64,000 nt of DNA. Source: Pseudomonadales bacterium. GTDB taxonomy: Bacteria; Pseudomonadota; Gammaproteobacteria; Pseudomonadales; IMCC2047. Position 1 is the stretch's first letter; every line of letters starts with the position of its first letter. This document shows positions 26,958-36,209 of this stretch, piece by piece. Under the pieces are notes generated by a model. The model saw only the letters and a list, made by a program, of their open reading frames with translations. It searched no databases and had not been told where the DNA came from. The DNA lies in the NCBI GenBank assembly GCA_965230515.1, contig OZ246007.1, positions 3,251,012 to 3,315,011 on the forward strand, read 5' to 3'. Both the position numbers and the translations under genes were made by a program.

Positions 26958-27362
26958 ATGAGAGTTAATCAATTAGCCGCCGCATTGGATGTTAGCGCCG
27001 ACACTGTCCGTTATTACACCCGGATAGGCATGTTGGCGCCGAAAAAGAATCCTAATAATGGCTACAAAGAGTATACGGCTGCAGACAGGCAAAGATTAGG
27101 CTTTATTCTGGCGGCCCGGCAACTGGGATTTTCAGTGAAGGATATAGACATTATTTTAGCGCAAGCCAAAACCGGGAAAACAGCCTGCCCTCTGGTCAGA
27201 GAGTTGATTGAAGAACGGTTAAAGGAAACTGAGAAAAAGTTTGCTGGAACCAAGGTGCTCAGAGCACGCATGCAGGCAGCTGTAGAAGACTGGCAATCAA
27301 AGCCCGATAAAGCGCCGACCGGGCATATGATTTGCCACTTGATTGAAAGCTTTTCTAGCTAA
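26958..27362 (+). CDS. MerR-family metal-responsive transcriptional activator (CueR/CadR-like)
   Basis: MRVNQLAAALDVSADTVRYYTRIGML is a classic MerR HTH. Followed by a coiled-coil dimerisation helix and a C-terminal ligand region GHMICH, plus a Cys in TACPLV. Confidence 0.85.
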   Translation: MRVNQLAAALDVSADTVRYYTRIGMLAPKKNPNNGYKEYTAADRQRLGFILAARQLGFSVKDIDIILAQAKTGKTACPLVRELIEERLKETEKKFAGTKVLRARMQAAVEDWQSKPDKAPTGHMICHLIESFSS

Positions 27363-27422
27363 AGCAGGGGATAAGACAGTGAATAGTTATCAATTAATCC
27401 AATCAGGAGAAAGGGCCTCGTT

Positions 27423-29729
27423 ATGAATCAGATTACAAAGGATCAGCAGGCAAGCCAGGATAAATGCCATCAAGACGATCAGCAATCGTCAGCGGATTCC
27501 GCGAGCCTGGAGTTAATCATTGAGGGAGCGAGCTGCGCCAGCTGCGTCGGGAAAATAGAGGCGGCCCTAAATAATGTGCCGGGCGTTGAGAAGGCCGAAA
27601 TGAATTTTGCGCAAAGAACAGCCACTGTCATTGGAGCAGTAAATTCAGGTGACCTGATTAAAGCAGTGGAAAAGGCCGGTTACAACGCGAAAGTACAGGA
27701 GGAGGGGACGGAGCAGGACTCATTGGATGAAAAGGAACAGGCAGACTGGGCCTACTACAAGCGTTTAATGCGTGAAATGACTATCGCCTTAACCTTGGGT
27801 GTTCCTTTGATGGCCTATAGCGTCATTGTCGGGGAGATGACGGTGACCACTAACACCGAACGCTCGGTCTGGCTGGTTATCGGGTTAATGACTCTTGGCG
27901 TGATGGTCTTTTCCGGCAAGCACTTCTTTGTCGGTGCCTGGAAATCCTTTGCGAATCACAGCGCAAACATGGATACGCTTATTGCCTTGGGTACCGGCAC
28001 CGCCTGGCTTTATTCCATGGTGGTGGTGTTTTTCCCTTATGCCGTGCCGGAGATGGCGCGACATGTGTATTTCGAAGCGACCGCCATGATTATCGGCCTG
28101 ATTGACCTGGGCCTGGCTTTGGAAATTAAAGCGCGTGGCAGAACCTCGGAAGCGATCAAGCGTTTAATCGGTTTACAGGCGAAAACCGCACGGGTCATTC
28201 GTGATGACAAAGAGATTGATATTCTGATTGAGCAGGTGCTGTTGAATGACAAAGTGCGGGTGCGGCCAGGCGAAAAGATACCTGTTGATGGAGTAGTGCT
28301 GGATGGCCATACGTCGGTCGACGAATCGATGCTGACCGGCGAACCCATGCCAGTAGAGAAGAAACAAGATGATGAGGTGGTGGGCGGCACGATCAATAAA
28401 ACTGGTTCAATCGTGTTTAAGGCCACGCGGGTTGGAAAAGATACTGCACTGGCACAAATCATTAATATGGTTAAACGAGCGCAGAACTCCAAACCACCAA
28501 TTGGCCGCCTGGCGGATGCGATCTCGGCATATTTCGTTCCGGTGGTGATGATAATTGCCGTAGTCAGCGCGCTGATCTGGTTGAATTTCGGCCCCGAACC
28601 AGCGGTAGCCTTTGCTATCGTTTCCGCTACCACCGTTTTAATCATTGCATGCCCCTGTGCCTTGGGATTGGCAACTCCGATGTCGGTGATGGTCGGTGTG
28701 GGCAAAGCGGCCGAGGCTGGGGTGCTGATTCGTAATGGCGAAGCCTTGCAAACTTCCTCCAAAATAACCGCCATGATCCTGGATAAAACCGGCACCATTA
28801 CACTGGGTTCGCCCAAAGTCACCAATATTCATCTCGCGCATGCCGAGAGCGAAGATGAGGTGTTGCGCCTGGCGGCGAGCCTGGAAGCAGGTTCCGAGCA
28901 CCCCTTGGCGGTTTCTATTGTGGAGTCCGCAACCGAACGCGATCTATCGCTCGATAAAGTCGAAAAGTTTTCCGCCATTGCCGGACATGGCGTAGAGGGT
29001 TTTGTCGGTGAGCAACAGTTGCTGTTCGGCAATGAAAAGCTGATGCGCGATAAAAACATCACCGTGGACAATCACGTGGATGTTGCCCAAAAAATGGCGG
29101 AGGAAGCCAAAACACCCATGTATTTTGCCGTGAATGGGGAGTTAGCGGCGATTATTGCCGTTGCAGACCCGATTAAAGAAGACTCCCTGTCAGCCATCAA
29201 ACGCCTGCAAAAAAATGGTATACGCGTGGTGATGCTAACCGGCGACAACCGCGCTACGGCAAAAGCGGTGGCAACCAAAGTTGGGATCAACGAGTTCTTT
29301 GCTGAAGTGCTCCCGGAGCAAAAAGCTGAAAAAGTCGCTGAGCTGCAAATGCAAAATGAAATTGTTGGCATGACCGGCGACGGGATTAACGATGCGCCAG
29401 CACTCGCCCTGGCGAACGTTGGTTTTGCCATTGGTACCGGAACGGATGTCGCCATCGAGAGCGCCGATATTACACTGATGCGCGGCTCCTTGCATGGCCT
29501 GGCCGATGCGATCGCCGTCAGCAAAGCAACATTACGGAATATCAAACAGAATCTGTTTGGCGCCTTTATCTATAACGTCGCAGGTATACCTTTTGCGGCC
29601 GGAATTTTATATCCGTTTTTTGGGTTATTGCTCAGTCCTGTGATCGCGGGCGCGGCCATGGCCTTTTCATCGCTCACCGTGGTCAGCAATGCTAATCGTT
29701 TGCGCTTTTTTAAAGCGCAGGAACACTAA
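27423..29729 (+). CDS. copA: copper-translocating P1B-type ATPase
   Basis: 768 aa with an N-terminal HMA domain ([12 protein letters not shown]), CPC in [26 protein letters not shown] and HP in SEHPLA. Confidence 0.93.
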   Translation: MNQITKDQQASQDKCHQDDQQSSADSASLELIIEGASCASCVGKIEAALNNVPGVEKAEMNFAQRTATVIGAVNSGDLIKAVEKAGYNAKVQEEGTEQDSLDEKEQADWAYYKRLMREMTIALTLGVPLMAYSVIVGEMTVTTNTERSVWLVIGLMTLGVMVFSGKHFFVGAWKSFANHSANMDTLIALGTGTAWLYSMVVVFFPYAVPEMARHVYFEATAMIIGLIDLGLALEIKARGRTSEAIKRLIGLQAKTARVIRDDKEIDILIEQVLLNDKVRVRPGEKIPVDGVVLDGHTSVDESMLTGEPMPVEKKQDDEVVGGTINKTGSIVFKATRVGKDTALAQIINMVKRAQNSKPPIGRLADAISAYFVPVVMIIAVVSALIWLNFGPEPAVAFAIVSATTVLIIACPCALGLATPMSVMVGVGKAAEAGVLIRNGEALQTSSKITAMILDKTGTITLGSPKVTNIHLAHAESEDEVLRLAASLEAGSEHPLAVSIVESATERDLSLDKVEKFSAIAGHGVEGFVGEQQLLFGNEKLMRDKNITVDNHVDVAQKMAEEAKTPMYFAVNGELAAIIAVADPIKEDSLSAIKRLQKNGIRVVMLTGDNRATAKAVATKVGINEFFAEVLPEQKAEKVAELQMQNEIVGMTGDGINDAPALALANVGFAIGTGTDVAIESADITLMRGSLHGLADAIAVSKATLRNIKQNLFGAFIYNVAGIPFAAGILYPFFGLLLSPVIAGAAMAFSSLTVVSNANRLRFFKAQEH

Positions 29730-29741
29730 GAGGCTCTCGTT

Positions 29742-30095
29742 ATGATGATCATTAATATTATCGGATTGTTACTGATAGCACTAATCGTCTGGTGGTTTTG
29801 GCTCTATAAGCCCCGTGAAGTCGCTGTCAGCGAGGGAGCGATCACGGTGACGGTTGAAGACGGTACCTATCAGCCGTCGCGGATAAAACTGGCGGCCGGC
29901 CAGCCGGCGACTATCCGGTTTATGCGTAAAGATGCCTCGCCCTGCGCCGGCACAGTGTTATTTTCCGATTTTGATATCAGTGAGGAGTTGCCATTGAATC
30001 AATTTAAATCCATCGTTTTGCCCGCGATGGAGAAAGGTGAGTATGCCTTCAGCTGCCAGATGCAAATGTATCGTGGCACGTTGCTGGTGGAGTAA
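29742..30095 (+). CDS. membrane-anchored cupredoxin-like protein
   Basis: 117 aa with an N-terminal TM helix, then the beta-sandwich-like ITVTVEDGTYQPSRIKLAAGQPATIRF..C..FSCQMQMYRGTLLVE. This type is commonly found after copA. Confidence 0.6.
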   Translation: MMIINIIGLLLIALIVWWFWLYKPREVAVSEGAITVTVEDGTYQPSRIKLAAGQPATIRFMRKDASPCAGTVLFSDFDISEELPLNQFKSIVLPAMEKGEYAFSCQMQMYRGTLLVE

Positions 30096-30119
30096 TCCAT
30101 TTTTCAATAGGAGGTTGAT

Positions 30120-30470
30120 ATGACGGTTAAGAAGATAACGGCCATCATTGATGAGTTGCAACTGGCTGCAGTTGAAACCGCTTTGGAATTGCGGGGGGTA
30201 AAGGGTTTTACGGTTCATCCGGTCCAGGGGCGTGGAGATTATTGCAATACTTATTCGCGAAACCAGCTTGTGAATCACGTCCAAATTGAAATTTACACTA
30301 GCGGAAAGTATGCCCACAGAATCGCGAAGTTAATCATACGGACAGCGGATGTCGGTGCGCAGAGCGAAGGATTAGTGGCAATTACCGCTGTTGATCAATT
30401 GTATTGGGTTTGTGGCGGAGATACGGCTGCGGCAAATGAATTTAAATATTACGAGGTGAAGCATGGCTAG
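30120..30470 (+). CDS. PII (GlnB)-like small protein, second copy
   Basis: 116 aa. MTVKKITAIIDELQLAAVETALELRGVKGFTVHPVQGRG follows the PII beta-alpha-beta pattern. AGGAGG SD upstream. Confidence 0.72.
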   Translation: MTVKKITAIIDELQLAAVETALELRGVKGFTVHPVQGRGDYCNTYSRNQLVNHVQIEIYTSGKYAHRIAKLIIRTADVGAQSEGLVAITAVDQLYWVCGGDTAAANEFKYYEVKHG

Positions 30471-30747
30471 TAAACAAGGTTCTTTTTGGTTTACCCCGAA
30501 AGGCTTAGCGTCTCTGGGTCTGATCGGTGCCGCCAGCTATTTTCTGTTGATTGAGCATCGACAACATTTAACTCAATGGCTGCCGTTTTTAATCCTGGCA
30601 CTCTGCCCTTTGATGCACATTTTTATGCACCGGGGGCACGGCGGGCATGAGCATGAAGATGCTCATATGACCGAAGAATCGGAAGAAAAAGCGTATCGCC
30701 GCGGTTACGAAGCAGGCAAAAAAGACTCGGGTCAACACCCGCATTAA
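30463..30747 (+). CDS. DUF2933-like small membrane protein with a His-rich tail
   Basis: 94 aa with two TM helices and CPLMHIFMHRGHGGHEHEDAH. Overlaps the PII-like gene by 8 nt. Confidence 0.6.
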   Translation: MASKQGSFWFTPKGLASLGLIGAASYFLLIEHRQHLTQWLPFLILALCPLMHIFMHRGHGGHEHEDAHMTEESEEKAYRRGYEAGKKDSGQHPH

Positions 30748-30759
30748 AGGAGATAAATC

Positions 30760-31410
30760 ATGCATGGCGAATCAGGTTACGGTCTTTGGACCCTGGTGAT
30801 ATTAAATTCAGCGATATTTATCTTCTTTGCGTTCAGTTTTACCAAGCCGCAAACGAAAACCGACTGGCGTAGCTTTGGCGCTTTCTCGGCGTTTATTATT
30901 GCCCTGTTTACCGAGATGTACGGTTTTCCGTTAACCATCTATTTCCTCTCCGGCTGGCTGGCGGAAAAGTATCCGGGCATCGATTTTCTGTCCCACGAGA
31001 ACGGCCATCTTCTGCATACCGTTTTTGGATTTGAAGGCAATCCCCATTTCGACCCGCTGCACATTGCCAGCAATGTGCTGATCGTGTTGGGTTTCTTCCT
31101 ACTTGCCTCAGCCTGGAATGTGCTACACAAGGCGCAGCAAACACGGTCGCTGGCGACCACCGGATGGTATGCCCGCTGCCGTCACCCCCAGTACATCGCC
31201 TTTATTTTAATCATGTTCGGTTTCCTGTTGCAGTGGCCGACCTTACCCACTGTGGTGATGTTTCCGATACTGGTGGTCGTCTATGTTCGATTGGCGAAAC
31301 GTGAAGAACGAATGGCATTGGAAGAATTCGGCGATGACTATCGCCGCTATATGGAAACTACGCCGGCGTGGTTTCCGAAATTCAGCGTTAATAAAACAGT
31401 TTCAACTTGA
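30760..31410 (+). CDS. ICMT/PEMT-family membrane methyltransferase (copy 1)
   Basis: 216 aa polytopic protein. RCRHPQYIAFILIMFG...REERMALEEFGDDYRRYMETTP is the ICMT-type SAM-binding C-terminal region. Confidence 0.72.
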   Translation: MHGESGYGLWTLVILNSAIFIFFAFSFTKPQTKTDWRSFGAFSAFIIALFTEMYGFPLTIYFLSGWLAEKYPGIDFLSHENGHLLHTVFGFEGNPHFDPLHIASNVLIVLGFFLLASAWNVLHKAQQTRSLATTGWYARCRHPQYIAFILIMFGFLLQWPTLPTVVMFPILVVVYVRLAKREERMALEEFGDDYRRYMETTPAWFPKFSVNKTVST

Positions 31411-31423
31411 TGAGGATAGTCCA

Positions 31424-31906
31424 ATGAAAAAACAAATCTCCACAGTGGTAATAGCAGCCGCACTTGCTACTCCGGTCTTCGCCGCAGGCGACCATCAACA
31501 TGGCGCGAGTCAGCAAGATAAGAAAATGGAAGGCGGGATGATGATGGACAAGATGGACCATAGCAAAATGGGCATGATGGATCACAGCAAGATGGGTGGC
31601 ATGCATGAACAGATGCAGAAAATGCATCAGCTCATGGGGCAGATCACCAAGGAGGATGACCCGAAAAAACGTGAGCAATTGATGCAACAACACATGGAAA
31701 GCATGCAACAGGGTATGAAATCCATAAAGGAGTCCATGGGCGAAATGAGAAGCAATAAGGGTAAAAGCAAGGCCGCACCGGCCATGAACATGGAGCAGCG
31801 AATGGATGTGATGCAACAGCGCATCGATATGATGGAAATGATGATGGATCAAATGGTGTCGCACAGTGCAGAAGAGAAGAAACTGCACCGGCATAAAAAA
31901 CGTTAA
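31424..31906 (+). CDS. Met/His-rich periplasmic protein
   Basis: The ATG at 31424 follows GAGGA. Signal peptide MKKQISTVVIAAALATPVFA, then MEGGMMMDKMDHSKMGMMDHSKMGGMHEQMQKMHQLM and further Met-rich helices. Confidence 0.6.
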   Translation: MKKQISTVVIAAALATPVFAAGDHQHGASQQDKKMEGGMMMDKMDHSKMGMMDHSKMGGMHEQMQKMHQLMGQITKEDDPKKREQLMQQHMESMQQGMKSIKESMGEMRSNKGKSKAAPAMNMEQRMDVMQQRIDMMEMMMDQMVSHSAEEKKLHRHKKR

Positions 31907-32014
31907 CGGAAAATTGAGTGGCGTGTCAATCGCACCGCTCAATCTGGCCTGAGAGCGATAAGCTGGCTTATATCAGTGATAGCAACAGAAGTGAGAAATG
32001 AAAGGAGTAATGTC

Positions 32015-32359
32015 ATGACAAAGAAAGAACACAGACTGGGTGTTTCTGAAGCCAATCTGGTTAACAGGCATCTGAAAATTGAGACTGCACCCGCAGAATC
32101 TATTCGAGCGGCAGTCGCTGAAATCGATGAGATCTACGGGATGGATTCGGTTGCCTTCGACGAAAAACATTACCGGTTAGATCTGGCCTATGACGCTTCA
32201 AGGTTGTCGATAGAGGATGTGGAAAAGGTGATGACGACACATGGACTGGAGCTGAGCCATGGTTGGTGGACCCAACACAAGGAAAGTAACTACCGTTTTG
32301 TCGACCAGAACGTAAAAGACAACGCCAAGCATGAGCCATGGAGTTGCCATAAAAAGTAA
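32015..32359 (+). CDS. hypothetical protein with an HMA-like (ferredoxin-fold-looking) domain and a C-terminal CH motif
   Basis: GGAG lies 7 nt before ATG 32015. 114 aa. The region LDLAYDASRLSIEDVEKVMTTHGLEL...SCHKK is paralogous by eye to the C-terminal half of 48872-49369. Confidence 0.45.
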   Translation: MTKKEHRLGVSEANLVNRHLKIETAPAESIRAAVAEIDEIYGMDSVAFDEKHYRLDLAYDASRLSIEDVEKVMTTHGLELSHGWWTQHKESNYRFVDQNVKDNAKHEPWSCHKK

Positions 32360-32419
32360 CGTCATGTGTGCATGCACCAGCAACACCTCCAAGAGGCATG
32401 AAATGATGGGGATATCAGG

Positions 32420-33925
32420 GTGAGCAGACATATTCTACAAGCGGTGGCGATGGGCATTGACACCCATCAGGAGCCAGTTGTGTATATGCAGGAGGACTGC
32501 CATATCTGCCGCGCAGAGGGCTTTAACGCGAACACGCGCTTGTCAATCAGCACCAGAACTGAGCAGTTGATTGCGACGCTTAATGTGGTTAGAAACGATA
32601 AGCTATTAGTGGGACAAATCGGGTTGTCCAAGATTACGCAGCAACGTCTAGATATTAAGGATGGCGAGTCGGTAAGTGTCAGCCATGCACAGGTTGTGAG
32701 GTCATTAAGCGCAGTACGTAAAAAAATTTACGGTCATAAACTCAGTGATCAGGAGATTGCCGATATCGTCGAGGACATCAGCGCCCATCGCTATTCAGAT
32801 ATCGAAATCGCGAGTTTTCTTAGCGTATGTGCAGGCAGTCGCTTGGACGTGGATGAAATCATCGGGCTCACTCAGGCCATGGTAGCGTGCGGTAAACGAT
32901 TGAAATGGGCGGATCAAACAAAAGTTCTCGATAAACATTGCATTGGAGGATTGCCGGGCAACCGCACCACGCCTTTGGTGGTTTCCATAGTCAGCGCGGC
33001 GGGACTGACGATTCCCAAAACCTCGTCGCGAGCAATCACCTCTCCGGCGGGTACTGCGGATACCATGGAAGCACTGACTACCGTCAATCTGGAAATTACC
33101 GACATTCAACGTGTTGTAGCACAAACCCATGCCTGTCTCGTCTGGGGCGGGGCGGTGAATCTGAGTCCAGCTGATGATTTGTTGATTCGCATTGAACGGG
33201 CCCTGGACTTAGACGGCGAAGGACAGTTGATCGCCTCAGTGCTATCCAAAAAAATCGCCGCCGGTTCCACTCATGCGGTGATTGATATTCCCGTCGGCTC
33301 CACAGCTAAGGTGCGCTCGCAAAAAGATGCCGAGCGACTCTCTTCACTTTTTACCCAAGTGGGGGCTGCCTGTGGTATTCAAATTCGCTGCCTCATTACG
33401 GATGGTAGTCAACCGGTGGGACGAGGTATCGGCCCGGTAGAAGAAGCGCGCGATGTGTTGGCGGTATTGCAATGCGAGCACAATGCGCCACAGGATTTAC
33501 GAGAGCGCGCTTTATTTTTAGCGGCACATCTATTTTCACTCGCTTATTCAGAGCGTTATGAACAAGGGTTGGAAAGAGCAATCGCAATTTTGGATGAAGG
33601 TAAAGCCTGGCAGCAGTTTCAGCACATTTTGGCTGCACAGGGTGGGATGAAAGCCCTGCCTGACCCCAGCTACCAACATACCGAAGCGGCCACAACTGCG
33701 GGCACACTTACCGCTATCGATAATCGTCAACTCGCGCGCTTGGCGAAGCTGGCAGGTGCTCCGGCGACAGAGGCTGCGGGGATGCGTCTTCATACACGTG
33801 TCGGCGAAAAGATTGAGGCTGGACAGTCTTTATTTACCCTCTATTCCGATACGATCGGAGAGCAACAATACGCGATGGAGTTTTATCGTCAATCGATGAT
33901 TTTTACTATCGAGGAGGCGCAATGA
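32420..33925 (+). CDS. thymidine phosphorylase-family protein of the long AMP-phosphorylase-like type
   Basis: 501 aa. An N-terminal extension of about 85 aa (GIDTHQEPVVYMQEDCHICRAEGF...ATLNVV...GESVSVSHAQ) precedes the glycosyltransferase-3 core (DKHCIGGLPGNRTT; SSRAITSPAGTADTME). Confidence 0.82.
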   Translation: MSRHILQAVAMGIDTHQEPVVYMQEDCHICRAEGFNANTRLSISTRTEQLIATLNVVRNDKLLVGQIGLSKITQQRLDIKDGESVSVSHAQVVRSLSAVRKKIYGHKLSDQEIADIVEDISAHRYSDIEIASFLSVCAGSRLDVDEIIGLTQAMVACGKRLKWADQTKVLDKHCIGGLPGNRTTPLVVSIVSAAGLTIPKTSSRAITSPAGTADTMEALTTVNLEITDIQRVVAQTHACLVWGGAVNLSPADDLLIRIERALDLDGEGQLIASVLSKKIAAGSTHAVIDIPVGSTAKVRSQKDAERLSSLFTQVGAACGIQIRCLITDGSQPVGRGIGPVEEARDVLAVLQCEHNAPQDLRERALFLAAHLFSLAYSERYEQGLERAIAILDEGKAWQQFQHILAAQGGMKALPDPSYQHTEAATTAGTLTAIDNRQLARLAKLAGAPATEAAGMRLHTRVGEKIEAGQSLFTLYSDTIGEQQYAMEFYRQSMIFTIEEAQ

Positions 33926-34848
33926 GCGAAGCGACGGCTGTGAACGATAAATCTCCGCTGATATTTTCCCTGCACAATCATCCGTTGGTTGAATCTCTCG
34001 CTACTGCGATTGGTGGTCAGCGAGGCGACTTCAATGCCCGAAGGTTTCCCGATGGGGAGTCCTATCTGCGTATTCATTCTGCTGTAGAAAATCGCGCCTG
34101 TATTGTGGTGGCTGACCTGTCACACCCAAACACCAAATATCTACCGTTGTTGTTTTTATTGGAAACACTGCGGGAGCTGGGAGCAACGCAAGTGGGGTTA
34201 GTGGCGCCTTACCTCAGTTATATGCGTCAGGATCGCCGTTTTGTCGATGGGGAAGCGGTTACTTCACGTATTTTTGCCAAGTGCCTTTCTCAACATGCTG
34301 ATTGGCTGGTCACCGTCGATCCACATTTGCATCGCTATCATTCCCTGGATGAAATCTATTCCATACCCAGTCGTGTTGTGCAAGGGGCTCCGGCATTGGC
34401 GCACTGGCTCAAAACGCAAAGCAACCTATTGTTGGTTGGGCCGGACAGCGAAAGCGAGCAATGGGTTTCTGAGATTGCTGCCTTTAGTCAACATCCTTTT
34501 GAGATTGGAGAAAAACAGCGCTTCGGGGATCGCCATGTCGAAGTGATGCTGCCCGACATCAACGAATTCAGGGATAGAACGGCTGTGATTATCGACGACG
34601 TAATCTCCAGTGGGCAGACGATTTTGGAATGTGTTAAAACACTTCAGTCCAAAGGAATCGACAAGATTCAGTGTGTGGCGGTACACGGCATATTTGCCGA
34701 TCACTCCGATAAAACCTTACTGGCCTCAGGCCTGAGCCAGCTGGTCACGTCCAATACCATCCCCCATCCCTCCAATGCTATCGATATTACGTCGCAACTG
34801 ATTGCGCCCGTGATCAGCATGCTTAAATTGCCAGGACAATCATTATGA
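33922..34848 (+). CDS. ribose-phosphate diphosphokinase (PRPP synthetase)-like protein, divergent
   Basis: 308 aa with the PRPP-binding loop AVIIDDVISSGQTI. The R5P region reads VTVDPHLHRY, whereas E. coli Prs reads TVDLHAEQ. ATGA overlap with the upstream gene, and a GAGGAGG SD. Confidence 0.8.
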   Translation: MSEATAVNDKSPLIFSLHNHPLVESLATAIGGQRGDFNARRFPDGESYLRIHSAVENRACIVVADLSHPNTKYLPLLFLLETLRELGATQVGLVAPYLSYMRQDRRFVDGEAVTSRIFAKCLSQHADWLVTVDPHLHRYHSLDEIYSIPSRVVQGAPALAHWLKTQSNLLLVGPDSESEQWVSEIAAFSQHPFEIGEKQRFGDRHVEVMLPDINEFRDRTAVIIDDVISSGQTILECVKTLQSKGIDKIQCVAVHGIFADHSDKTLLASGLSQLVTSNTIPHPSNAIDITSQLIAPVISMLKLPGQSL

Positions 34849-36200
34849 AAATCACCTTTATCGGCGGTACCGAGACCGTTACCGGTTCAAAATTTCTGCT
34901 GGAAACCGACACGACAACTGTATTAGTCGATTGCGGTTTGTTCCAGGGCTACAAGTGGCTGCGGGAGCGCAATTGGCAAACCTTGCCTCTGGACATCGAC
35001 AAACTGGATGCGGTGCTGCTCACTCACGCACATCTGGATCACTCCGGCTATATCCCGGTGCTATACAAGTGTGGCTTTCGCGGCCCGGTGTTTACCCATC
35101 ACGCCACCAAGGCCCTGTGTCAGATCTTATTGGCCGACAGCGGCCATATCCAGGAGGAAGACACCAGGTATTACAGCAAACATAAACTGGGCAAGCACGC
35201 TCACCCTGAGTCGCTTTACGACCGCCAAACGGCGGAAGCCAGCATGACGCTATTTCAGTCCGTGGAGTTTGATGAACAGATCGAAGTCGGAGATATCCGT
35301 TTTTATCTGCAGCCCGCCGGGCATATTCTCGGTGCCGCCAGCATTATCGTGGAAGCGGAAGGGAAACGAATCGGCTTTTCTGGTGATGTCGGTCGCTTCG
35401 ATGATGTGCTGATGAACCCCCCTCGGCTATTGCCGGAGCTGGATCTGCTGTTGATGGAGTCCACTTACGGCAACCGCCGGCACGACACCCAAGATCCGTT
35501 TCAGCAGTTGGCGGAAATTGTTAACCGTGTCGCTAAAAGCGGCGGCGTGCTGCTGGTCCCGGCCTTTGCGGTAGGGCGGGCGCAGGCCTTGCAACATCTG
35601 TTGGCGACCCTGATGGATCAGGACGATATCCCCAAAATGCCGATCTATCTCGACAGCCCCATGGCGATCAAAGTATCGGATATTTTTTGCCAGTTCAGTG
35701 ACCAGCATCGGTTAAACCACGAGCAATGCTACCGCATGTGCGACTCCATCACTTATACCCGTACGGTGGATGATTCCAAGGCGATTGCGGGACAGGCTTT
35801 CCCCCATATTGTTATCGCTGGCAGCGGTATGGCTACCGGGGGTCGTATTCTCCACCATTTTAAACGCCTGTTAGGCAGCTCTAAAACCACGGTGCTGTTT
35901 ACCGGTTATCAGGCGGGCGGCACTCGCGGCGCAAAAATGCTGGAGGGTGTCGAGAGCATCAAAATTCACGGTGAGTGGATTTCAAATAATGCGCAGGTGG
36001 CGGTCTTGCACGGTTTGTCCGGACACGGCGATTACATGGAGATCGAGCAATGGCTCAAACAATCCGCATTACAAAAAAACATGTCGATTCAACTGGTTCA
36101 TGGTGATCCCGATGCCCTGGAAGGCATGCGCGATCATTTGCGACGCACCACGGCCTTCGATGTAGAGGTCGCCGGCTATCAAACAATACTCAAACTGTAG
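34845..36200 (+). CDS. MBL-fold beta-CASP nuclease (RNA-specificity-domain type)
   Basis: 451 aa with the HxHxDH motif LLTHAHLDHSGYIP, later GHILGAA, ESTYG and a C-terminal SGHGD typical of beta-CASP enzymes. ATGA overlap with the upstream gene. Confidence 0.82.
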   Translation: MKITFIGGTETVTGSKFLLETDTTTVLVDCGLFQGYKWLRERNWQTLPLDIDKLDAVLLTHAHLDHSGYIPVLYKCGFRGPVFTHHATKALCQILLADSGHIQEEDTRYYSKHKLGKHAHPESLYDRQTAEASMTLFQSVEFDEQIEVGDIRFYLQPAGHILGAASIIVEAEGKRIGFSGDVGRFDDVLMNPPRLLPELDLLLMESTYGNRRHDTQDPFQQLAEIVNRVAKSGGVLLVPAFAVGRAQALQHLLATLMDQDDIPKMPIYLDSPMAIKVSDIFCQFSDQHRLNHEQCYRMCDSITYTRTVDDSKAIAGQAFPHIVIAGSGMATGGRILHHFKRLLGSSKTTVLFTGYQAGGTRGAKMLEGVESIKIHGEWISNNAQVAVLHGLSGHGDYMEIEQWLKQSALQKNMSIQLVHGDPDALEGMRDHLRRTTAFDVEVAGYQTILKL

Positions 36201-36209
36201 GAGCCTGTT

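Noticed and set aside
28037-28825. 262-aa minus-strand ORF inside copA. Similar long antisense ORFs occur at 3247-3702, 42742-43227, 47333-47896, 49655-50185 and 59764-60417.
   Set aside because: These are shadow ORFs opposite well-supported genes with diagnostic motifs. Their composition is low-complexity (Ala/Ser/Pro/Arg-rich), they have no start context, and they have no recognisable domains.
31388-31942. 184-aa His-rich minus-strand ORF (…HHLIHHHFHHIDALLHHIHSLLHVH…) that looks like a metal-binding protein.
   Set aside because: It is the mirror image of the plus-strand Met-rich gene, because ATG codons read as CAT (His) on the other strand. The plus-strand gene has a GAGGA SD, a clean signal peptide and operon context. 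The minus ORF has none.
31907-31975. Imperfect hairpin GAGTGGCGTG...CGCACCGCTC after the Met-rich gene, considered as a terminator separating the metal and survival islands.
   Set aside because: The stem has a mismatch and two wobble pairs and no T-run follows. There is not enough support to call a terminator.
32368-32377. Perfect 10-bp palindrome GTGCATGCAC between 32359 and 32420, considered as an operator for the nucleotide operon.
   Set aside because: A single short palindrome with no repeat elsewhere in the island's intergenic regions and no associated promoter elements could arise by chance.
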